From NCBI GenBank assembly GCA_963718915.1, contig CAVRAI010000001.1:90001-122000 (forward strand): a stretch of 32,000 nt of DNA. Reading direction: 5' to 3'. Of this stretch, positions 26,697-32,000 are shown piece by piece; the first letter of the stretch is position 1; the number at the start of each line of letters is the position of its first letter. The notes under the pieces are model-generated. The model saw nothing but the letters and a program-made list of their open reading frames with translations. It ran no database searches and was not told where the DNA came from. The position numbers and the translations under genes were made by a program. The stretch is from an uncultured Chloroflexia bacterium. Its GTDB lineage: Bacteria; Chloroflexota; Ktedonobacteria; Ktedonobacterales; JADMIN01.

Positions 26697-27059
26697 TCAC
26701 GTCGTGATGTCAGGGTACGGCAGCGACCAGTGTTGCAGTTTGCGCGCGTACTCCAGTTGGAAACCCAGTGGCTCAGGATAATCGCGTTCGAAGAGCGCGA
26801 TGAAGAGCGTCAGTGTCAGGAATGGATGCGCGCCCAGCTCGAACAGCTTGACGTAGTCGTGCGTCGCCAGCGCCTCGCGCTCACCATCGGCGAACCGGAG
26901 CCATGTGCTGCGCTCCATCTCTGGCAGATTCAGGATGGCGTTGGCGCGTTCGGCTTCCCACCACGTCACTGTGCCGCGCGGGTCGGCGCGATACCGCTCA
27001 ACCAGGGTCGGATCACGGTCAATCGAAAAGAGGAACTTGTTGACGAGATATTTGCTCAT
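26697..27059 (-). CDS. LigA-like small (alpha) subunit of a class III extradiol dioxygenase
   Basis: 120 aa: LVNKFLFSIDRDP.LVERYRADP.......L.D.EREALATHDYVKLFELGAHPF resembles the LigA domain. Its ATG overlaps the stop of the LigB-like gene (ATGA at 27056-27059). Confidence 0.7.
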   Translation of the reverse strand: MSKYLVNKFLFSIDRDPTLVERYRADPRGTVTWWEAERANAILNLPEMERSTWLRFADGEREALATHDYVKLFELGAHPFLTLTLFIALFERDYPEPLGFQLEYARKLQHWSLPYPDITT

Positions 27060-27916
27060 ACGTTCGCCCCTTTCGGATACCAGGTGAAGTAGGCCTCCAT
27101 TGTGTGGAAGAGGTCAAGCGTATCGGCATAGTCAGCCTTCACCTCCCCGGCGACGCCCATCATCAGCATGAAATCGAGGAAGCCATGGGTGGCGTTGCCC
27201 GGCTCCCAGAGGCTATCGAGCGAGACGCCCGCCAGCGCGCCCGCGATGTCGCCATTGGCGATCCAGTTGACGGCCCTGCGGTCGAACTCGGGATCGGGGC
27301 CATGCGGGCCGAACTGGCGCGGGCCGCCAAGCTCCAGCGAGAGATGCCCAGTGCCGATGACCGCGACGCGCGCATCGCTGGGCCACTGCTCGATGAGCCT
27401 GCGCAGAAGACGTCCGAAGGCGACGTAGCGCTGTGGCTGGGGCAGCGGCGGCGCGAAGATGTTGGTGTAGACCGGCACAATAGGGAGATCGGCCTGCGGG
27501 CGCGTCGTGATAATCGGGCAGGTAATGCTGTGGTCAACGCGCAACTCATTGCTGAAGGCGAGATCAAACCCGGCATCCAGCCCCTGGCGCAGCAGGTACG
27601 CCGAAAGCTCCTCATGCCCCTTGAGCACCATGCGCGGCAGGCCGAATTCGCGCTGCTCGTTGTAATAGTTCGCGTCGTAGAACGGCGCTTTGCCTATCAG
27701 GAACTGCGGCATGTTGTCATACCAGAGCTGGTGGAAGTGGTCCGAGCCGACCATCACCAGAATCTCTGGATTGGCCCGCGTCAGCGTCTCGCGGTAGGCC
27801 GTCACCTTGCGCACCCACTCGTCGGCGAAGTCGGGCCTGCTCTCCGGCGGCGCGGTGCTGGCGCGATAGAAGAATGGATGGTGCGTTGTTGCGAGGACGG
27901 CAACCAGGTTAGCCAT
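27056..27916 (-). CDS. LigB-family class III extradiol ring-cleavage dioxygenase (beta/catalytic subunit)
   Basis: Motifs are LATTHHPFF.., ILVMVGSDHFHQ...NMPQFLIG and AVIGTGHLSLELGGPRQ. A strong AAGGAGGGAGAC lies directly before the ATG at 27916. Confidence 0.8.
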   Translation of the reverse strand: MANLVAVLATTHHPFFYRASTAPPESRPDFADEWVRKVTAYRETLTRANPEILVMVGSDHFHQLWYDNMPQFLIGKAPFYDANYYNEQREFGLPRMVLKGHEELSAYLLRQGLDAGFDLAFSNELRVDHSITCPIITTRPQADLPIVPVYTNIFAPPLPQPQRYVAFGRLLRRLIEQWPSDARVAVIGTGHLSLELGGPRQFGPHGPDPEFDRRAVNWIANGDIAGALAGVSLDSLWEPGNATHGFLDFMLMMGVAGEVKADYADTLDLFHTMEAYFTWYPKGANV

Positions 27917-27936
27917 GTCTCCCTCCTTTTCCAGAA

Positions 27937-28047
27937 CCTCTCCCCCTACCCCCTCCCCGACGCGGGGAGGGGCACTGAGGCAACCAGCGTGCCCTACGGA
28001 CTCTGGCTCCCCTCTCCTCCGGGGAGAGGGGCTGGGGGAGAGGTCTC
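27937..28047. repeat. REP-like hairpin cluster (two hairpins) in the LigB / citryl-CoA-lyase-like junction
   Basis: The hairpins are CCCTCCCCG-acg-CGGGGAGGG (27951-27971) and CCCCTCTCC-tccgg-GGAGAGGGG (28009-28031). Same motif family as 16703..16740 and 19804..19853. The second hairpin lies inside the last ~15 codons of CDS 27994..28836. Confidence 0.75.
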
Positions 28048-28836
28048 TGGGCGATAGACGGCGTTGCGATCAACGGCATAATAGATCGCGGGCGCGATGG
28101 GATTACGCATCTCCTCGGCAAGCTGGCCGAGCAGCCCCGCGGTGCGCGCCAGCAGCGCCACACCGCGCAGCAATTCGGGCGGCAGCCCCAGATCGGCGAG
28201 CGCCGCGCCGCAGACGCCCGCACCATTCAGGGGAAGCGTGCGCCCGAGTATCTCAGGATGCACCCGCCCGATAGCCTCGAAGAGCCGCAGGTGCGGCCCA
28301 CGCAGACCCTCCTCTTCGGCGATGCCAATGATGACCGGCGTGCGCGGATCGCCCTGCTTATGGACCGGATGCCCCAACCCGGGAATGAAGCGGCCAGCGG
28401 CGCGCGCCTCCGCGACGGCGCGCCGGGCCAGCGCGTCCCACCCTTCGTCGGTCGTGGGCAGATCACCCTCGACGCCCGCGAGCACCGTGGCGAGAAAACG
28501 CCCCGTATCCTCGGTGACGCCGAGGAAGCGCGAGCCGCCGCCCAGCAGTCCCGCCGCGATGGCGCCTTGGAGCGCATCGGGCGCGCTATACAACGTGAGC
28601 CGGGCAGCGATGGCGGTGGGGGTGAAGCCGTGGTCAGCCAGCGCGACGAGCACCGCCTCGAAGACGCGCACCTGTTGCGGCGTCGGGCGCTGCTGCGTCG
28701 CGAGCCAGAGCGCCAGCTCGCCGAAGCCAACCTTGCCAATCAGCTCGGCCGCCAGATCATGCCCCAGGAGATGGATACGGTCGGCGTCGGATGTGCCTAA
28801 CCCCGTGGGGTACTCGACTGGCCGCTGGTCCCCCAT
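27994..28836 (-). CDS. Citryl-CoA-lyase-like protein (short member of the citrate synthase superfamily)
   Basis: The sequence ..GFGELALWLATQQRPTPQQ..FEAVLVALADHGFTP....ARL..S....L..AIAAGLLGGGSRFLG.....FIPGLGHPVHKQGDPR has the citrate-synthase-type GHxxxK..DPR motif. I prefer ATG 28836 (AAGGAG 7-8 nt upstream) to the track start 29013. Confidence 0.75.
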   Translation of the reverse strand: MGDQRPVEYPTGLGTSDADRIHLLGHDLAAELIGKVGFGELALWLATQQRPTPQQVRVFEAVLVALADHGFTPTAIAARLTLYSAPDALQGAIAAGLLGGGSRFLGVTEDTGRFLATVLAGVEGDLPTTDEGWDALARRAVAEARAAGRFIPGLGHPVHKQGDPRTPVIIGIAEEEGLRGPHLRLFEAIGRVHPEILGRTLPLNGAGVCGAALADLGLPPELLRGVALLARTAGLLGQLAEEMRNPIAPAIYYAVDRNAVYRPETSPPAPLPGGEGSQSP

Positions 28837-28860
28837 CGCTTCGCTCCTTACCTGTCGTAC

Positions 28861-28925
28861 CAAGCTGGCGGCTAAAGCCGCGCCTACGGGCTGCGCCGCA
28901 AAGCCCGCCTGCGCGGGCTGCAGAG
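28861..28925. repeat. Single copy of the GC-rich hairpin module found as an inverted pair at 23202..23381
   Basis: The reverse complement (cagcccgcgcaggcgggctttgcggcgcagcccgtaggcgcggctttagccgcc) aligns at roughly 80% by hand with 23317-23376 (cagtccgcgcaggcggacttcgtggccgcaggcccaagaggcgcggtttcaaccgcc). The alignment includes a compensatory T-A to C-G change in the AGYCCGC/GCGGRCT stem. It lies in an intra-operon spacer. Confidence 0.65.
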
Positions 28926-29016
28926 AACGTGCTCCATCGCGCTGCTGGCCCTGCTGGCCCATCTGAAACTGCTTCATGCTACGGTCACACTCGCAAACAC
29001 CAACAACGCACATGGA

Positions 29017-30180
29017 TCATGTCTTATTGCCGTTCGACATGCTCCCCGGCATGGCGCTATCCCGTGGTTGGCTCAGCCAGGCGCGGATGACCTTGTTGTC
29101 TTGCCCCAATGACGGCGGCGGTAGCTCGTAGCGCGGCGGAGTCGCGGAGAAGGTCATCGGATTGCGGATCATCGGCACAGCGTCGCCGCCAGCACCGACC
29201 TCCACCACTGGATCAAGCCCCAGCTCGCGCGCGAACTCCACACCTCCCGCGATGCTGTTGATCGGACCGCAGGCGATACCCGCCGCGCTCATCTCACGGA
29301 ACCACTCATCGGCGCCCTTCATGCGCAGCCGCGCCACCAGCAACGGATAGAGCGTCTCGCGGTTGCGCGTGCGATCTTCATTGTTGGCGAAACGCGGGTC
29401 ATTCGGCAGGTCTTGCAGGCCAAGGACATCGCAGAGCTTGCGGAACTGGCCGTTATTCCCGGCGATGACGATCAGCTCGCGGTCGGCGGTCGGCAGCGGC
29501 TCGTAGGGAAAGAGGCTTGGGTGTGCGTTGCCCATGCGCGTCGGGACAACGCCTCCCGCGACATAGGCCGAGGTATGGTTGACCAGCCCCGAGAGCGCGG
29601 ACGAGAGCAGGTTCAGTTCGACATGCTGGCCCTCACCGCTTTGGTTGCGGTAGTTCAGCGCGGCCAGGATGCCGATGGCGGCATGCAGCCCAGCCATCAC
29701 ATCGAAGACCGAGATGCCCGCGCGATACGCCGGGCCATCCGCGTCGCCAGTCAGGCTCATCAGCCCGGAGATCGCCTGCACCACCAGATCGTAGCCGGGG
29801 AGCGAAGCGCCCGCCGCCGCGCCGAAGCCGCTGATCGAGGCGTAGATGACGCCGGGGTTGCGCTGGCTGACCGCCTCATAGTCCAGACCGAAGCGCTTGA
29901 GACCGCCCGGCTTGAAGTTCTCGATGAAGATATCGGCGCGGTCAGCAAGCTCCTGCGCCAGTCGCAGATCCTCGGCATCCTTGAAGTCGAGTGTCACCGA
30001 CCGCTTGTTGCGATTGATGGCCAGATAGTAGGTCGAGACGCCATCGCGCACGGGCGGTATCCAGGTGCGGGTATCGTCGCCCGTCGGGCTTTCGACTTTG
30101 ACGACGGTCGCGCCGAGGTCGCCGAGCAGCATCGTGCAGTAGGGGCCAGCAAGCACCCGCGAGAAATCGGCAATGAGCAA
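29017..30180 (-). CDS. Family III CoA-transferase (CaiB/BaiF/Frc type); the true 5' end is probably upstream and frameshifted
   Basis: Motifs are LIADFSRVLAGPYCTMLLGDLGATVVKVE and GYDLVVQAISGLMSLTG. The conserved GPLDG that normally precedes these is encoded in-frame upstream of the TTG at 30180. No start codon lies between it and an in-frame stop at 30223-30225. Confidence 0.85.
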   Translation of the reverse strand: MLIADFSRVLAGPYCTMLLGDLGATVVKVESPTGDDTRTWIPPVRDGVSTYYLAINRNKRSVTLDFKDAEDLRLAQELADRADIFIENFKPGGLKRFGLDYEAVSQRNPGVIYASISGFGAAAGASLPGYDLVVQAISGLMSLTGDADGPAYRAGISVFDVMAGLHAAIGILAALNYRNQSGEGQHVELNLLSSALSGLVNHTSAYVAGGVVPTRMGNAHPSLFPYEPLPTADRELIVIAGNNGQFRKLCDVLGLQDLPNDPRFANNEDRTRNRETLYPLLVARLRMKGADEWFREMSAAGIACGPINSIAGGVEFARELGLDPVVEVGAGGDAVPMIRNPMTFSATPPRYELPPPSLGQDNKVIRAWLSQPRDSAMPGSMSNGNKT

Positions 30181-30220
30181 GCCGTCGAGTGGACCAGGCC
30201 TGTCGTGTCTGTCATCTGCC

Positions 30221-30274
30221 CGTCATGCCCGTCATGCCCGTCATGCCCGTCATGCCCGTCATGCCCGTCATGCC
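30221..30274 (-). repeat. Perfect 9-bp tandem repeat x6 (CGTCATGCC on +; encodes His-Asp-Gly x6 on -)
   Basis: Six identical contiguous units, preceded by a degenerate copy at 30211-30220. They lie inside ORF 29994..30305(-), which begins at ATG 30305 with GGAG 9 nt upstream. Confidence 0.9.
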
Positions 30275-30379
30275 TCTCGTCTGTCGCATCTGTCGGCTCT
30301 GACATCGGACTTTGCTCCAGCTCTCTGTGTCCGCTCTACGGACAACTGTCCGCTAGAAATCCTAGCCGCTGGAAGGGGC

Positions 30380-30519
30380 GCTGTCAAGTGGAGGATGGGC
30401 TGCTGAAGCAGAATGACCACGCGCTGGACGCCACCCGCTACGCGCTGCATATCGCGCTGGGCGGCTCTCGCGCCACCAACGCCTGGATGGAACTGTATCT
30501 TCGGCGAAGGGAGAGATAA
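30380..30519 (+). pseudogene. C-terminal fragment of a phage terminase large subunit (remnant)
   Basis: The last ~45 codons of track ORF 29413..30519 read ..QVEDGLLKQNDHALDATRYALHIALGG.. . The (N)DHxxDAxRYAL motif is characteristic of terminase large-subunit C-termini, from memory. Everything upstream in that ORF is antisense shadow of the CoA-transferase gene. Very short, so tentative. Confidence 0.35.
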
Positions 30520-30637
30520 TCCTGCGTCGCCGCATGAATGCCGCAGCAAGGAGCGCTCGCAGACCAGTTCCTAACACATCTGTGCTACACTGAACACCGT
30601 CGAAAGCGCCATTTGAACAAGCAAGGTATAAGCAGCT

Positions 30638-30904
30638 ATGACGACTGCATCAATTACTCTCCAGGTCGATGAGGAGGCGGCGCGCATCTATCAGAACGCC
30701 TCCCCTGACGTACAACGTAAACTCGCCGCGTTAGTCAGTCTGCAACTCCTTGAGGCAGCGCATTCCACGCTATCGCTGCGAGAGGTGATGGACACCATTG
30801 GTCAACATGCCGAGGAGCGCGGACTGACCGAGGAACGCCTCCAGGCAATCCTCGCGGAGATCGACGAGGCTGGCAATGCTGACAACACTGAACGCGCTCC
30901 ATGA
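30638..30904 (+). CDS. Putative antitoxin of the downstream PIN toxin
   Basis: 88-aa acidic protein. Its stop overlaps the toxin start (ATGA at 30901-30904). The function is inferred from position only. Confidence 0.55.
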   Translation: MTTASITLQVDEEAARIYQNASPDVQRKLAALVSLQLLEAAHSTLSLREVMDTIGQHAEERGLTEERLQAILAEIDEAGNADNTERAP

Positions 30905-31395
30905 ACAGCGCGCATGCGCGTCGCGTGGTCTTCGATACCAATACCCTGGTCAGCGCTCTGCTGCTCCCAACTTCGATCCCACGCCAGGCGCTCGACTACG
31001 CATTTGACCATGGCAAGGTGCTCACCTCACTGGCGCTCTTGAGCGAGTTGGATCGGGTGCTGAACTACCCTAAGTTGGCGCCCTACATCACACCTGCCGA
31101 GCGGAGCCAGTTCCTGGGCAAACTCACGTTGGAGGGAATATTGACGACGATCACGGTTCAGTTGACCGTCGTCCGTGATCCCAAAGATAACTTTGTCCTC
31201 AAGTTGGCGGTCAGTGGCGGAGTGAATATGATCGTCAGTGGTGACAATGACCTAATAACCCTTGGGAGCTATGACGGTATTCCTAATCCGCACGCCAGCC
31301 CAGTTCTTGCAGGAACCCAACCAGCCGTGAGTCATCCGCGCCACCGACGCCTGGGTCGAGTTGTATCCGAGGTGACAGCTTTAGAGCCCGTTTAA
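30901..31395 (+). CDS. PIN-domain toxin (PIN_3-like), with its C-terminus altered by an apparent 1-nt insertion near 31285
   Basis: Acidic PIN motifs are VVFDTNTLVSALL, RDPKDNFVLKLAVSGG and MIVSGDNDL. After YDGIP, the +1 frame reads IRTPAQFLQEPNQP* (stop 31328-31330), which matches the usual GI.I.TP.EFL ending. The annotated frame runs on as Pro/Arg-rich sequence to 31395. Confidence 0.75.
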   Translation: MNSAHARRVVFDTNTLVSALLLPTSIPRQALDYAFDHGKVLTSLALLSELDRVLNYPKLAPYITPAERSQFLGKLTLEGILTTITVQLTVVRDPKDNFVLKLAVSGGVNMIVSGDNDLITLGSYDGIPNPHASPVLAGTQPAVSHPRHRRLGRVVSEVTALEPV

Positions 31396-31447
31396 GACTT
31401 GATGTCGAGTCCATAACTGGCTCTAGGCCAGTGCGAGTCGCGCAGGC

Positions 31448-31747
31448 TCAGGTTCGGGCAGATGCGGAGCGAGCGATCGTGATGTACCAGTAGCCACCTG
31501 CGAGATTCAGCGTCCCAAGCACCAGGAAAAAGGCTGCCCATCCGTAGGCGCGGTACGAGAGACACATTACGCCCGCGGCAGCTGCGACACTGCCACCGGC
31601 AATACGCGTGCCCCCAGAGGCGCGGAGATGGCGATACTCCCATGGGCTGATCAGGCGATACATGCCAAATCGCGAGGGAGATAGCCACCAGCCACGCAGG
31701 CCTTTCGCAGCGGTGTTGTCGTTGGATGTGTCATTGGATGCGGTCAT
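31448..31747 (-). CDS. Small membrane protein, unknown function
   Basis: I prefer ATG 31747 (ACAGGAGGC 6-8 nt upstream). Two hydrophobic segments are present: GGSVAAAAGVMCL and GWAAFFLVLGTLNLAGGYWYI. Confidence 0.5.
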   Translation of the reverse strand: MTASNDTSNDNTAAKGLRGWWLSPSRFGMYRLISPWEYRHLRASGGTRIAGGSVAAAAGVMCLSYRAYGWAAFFLVLGTLNLAGGYWYITIARSASART

Positions 31748-31846
31748 CGAGATGCCTCCTGTCACCGGTGATGTGAGTCATCCGACCATCTCTCAAAGTG
31801 ACATCTATCCTGGGGACGCTCTCAACAGGCGAAGAATGCAACCCGT

Positions 31847-32000
31847 CTACACGCCCTGACGCAATCCTTCCTCGATCCAGGTGATGTGCTCGGTCGCATG
31901 CCCCGCTCTCCCTGCAAACACGTCGCCGACGGCCTGCTCACCAACGACCAGGGGCATTAAAGCAGCTAGTTGATCATCGGTGAACTGATGCAGGAGGTCC
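31847..32000 (-). CDS. 3' part of a gene continuing beyond the window end; possibly DinB-family
   Basis: The frame is open from the window edge to TAG (complement of 31847-31849). The translation is DLLHQFTDDQLAALMPLVVGEQAVGDVFAGRAGHATEHITWIEEGLRQGV*. The H..EH...I ending resembles the last helix of DinB-like proteins. Weak assignment. Confidence 0.4.
   Translation of the reverse strand, partial: DLLHQFTDDQLAALMPLVVGEQAVGDVFAGRAGHATEHITWIEEGLRQGV

Noticed and set aside
28837-29013. 59-codon N-terminal extension of the citryl-CoA-lyase-like ORF in the track (start 29013)
   Set aside because: The extension is Gln/Gly/Ala low-complexity sequence that is a translation of the GC-rich hairpin module (28861-28925). 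A strong AAGGAG precedes the internal ATG at 28836, where the family-typical sequence begins.
29413-30379. 368-aa plus-strand ORF 29413..30519 as a real gene
   Set aside because: All but its last ~45 codons is antisense shadow of the CoA-transferase gene and of the HDG repeat, which reads as a CPS repeat on this strand. Only the terminal terminase-like fragment was kept, tentatively.
1-32000. tRNA, rRNA and CRISPR arrays anywhere in the window
   Set aside because: I saw no T-loop/acceptor-stem patterns (GGTTCGAATCC-like with matching stems), no rRNA-like conserved blocks, and no direct-repeat/spacer arrays on visual inspection. Absence by eye is not proof.

Overview
GC-rich bacterial chromosomal segment. 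Strong GGAGG-type ribosome-binding sites and abundant 'CCCCTCTCC-loop-GGAGAGGGG' hairpin repeats suggest a Chloroflexota/Ktedonobacteria-like genome; that is inference only. All family names below come from motifs I recognise in the translations, not from any search. I support about 35 genes. On the + strand these include membrane proteins and a lipoprotein, then a tightly packed NlpC/P60, beta-lactamase-like, gamma-carbonic-anhydrase-like and PaaI-thioesterase string. Also on + are an ECF sigma/anti-sigma pair whose sensor is an Asp-box beta-propeller, a GMC oxidoreductase, an M32 carboxypeptidase, and DUF2255 and cupin genes. On the - strand are a MarR regulator with a membrane protein, an ANTAR response regulator whose phospho-acceptor Asp is replaced by Cys, a RIO-type kinase and an S9 peptidase. 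The - strand also carries an unusual five-gene string: family III CoA-transferase, citryl-CoA-lyase-like, LigB, LigA, MetE-like. The right end holds a phage-terminase fragment, a PIN toxin/antitoxin pair and a partial DinB-like gene. Many genes are broken by small indels: a solo tnpB (4 frameshifts), an AraC regulator and its divergent Zn-alcohol dehydrogenase, the NlpC/P60 gene, the CoA-transferase 5' end and the PIN 3' end. Long neighbouring ORFs are intact. Three families of structured intergenic repeats are present: a ~150-bp MITE-like element (2 copies), a GC-rich hairpin module (one 180-bp palindrome plus one single copy) and REP-like hairpins (3 loci). I found no rRNA, tRNA or CRISPR array. 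I also found no recognisable complete defence system. The most unusual items are the Asp-less ANTAR module, the non-canonical LigAB operon with its (His-Asp-Gly)6 repeat, and the structured repeat families.
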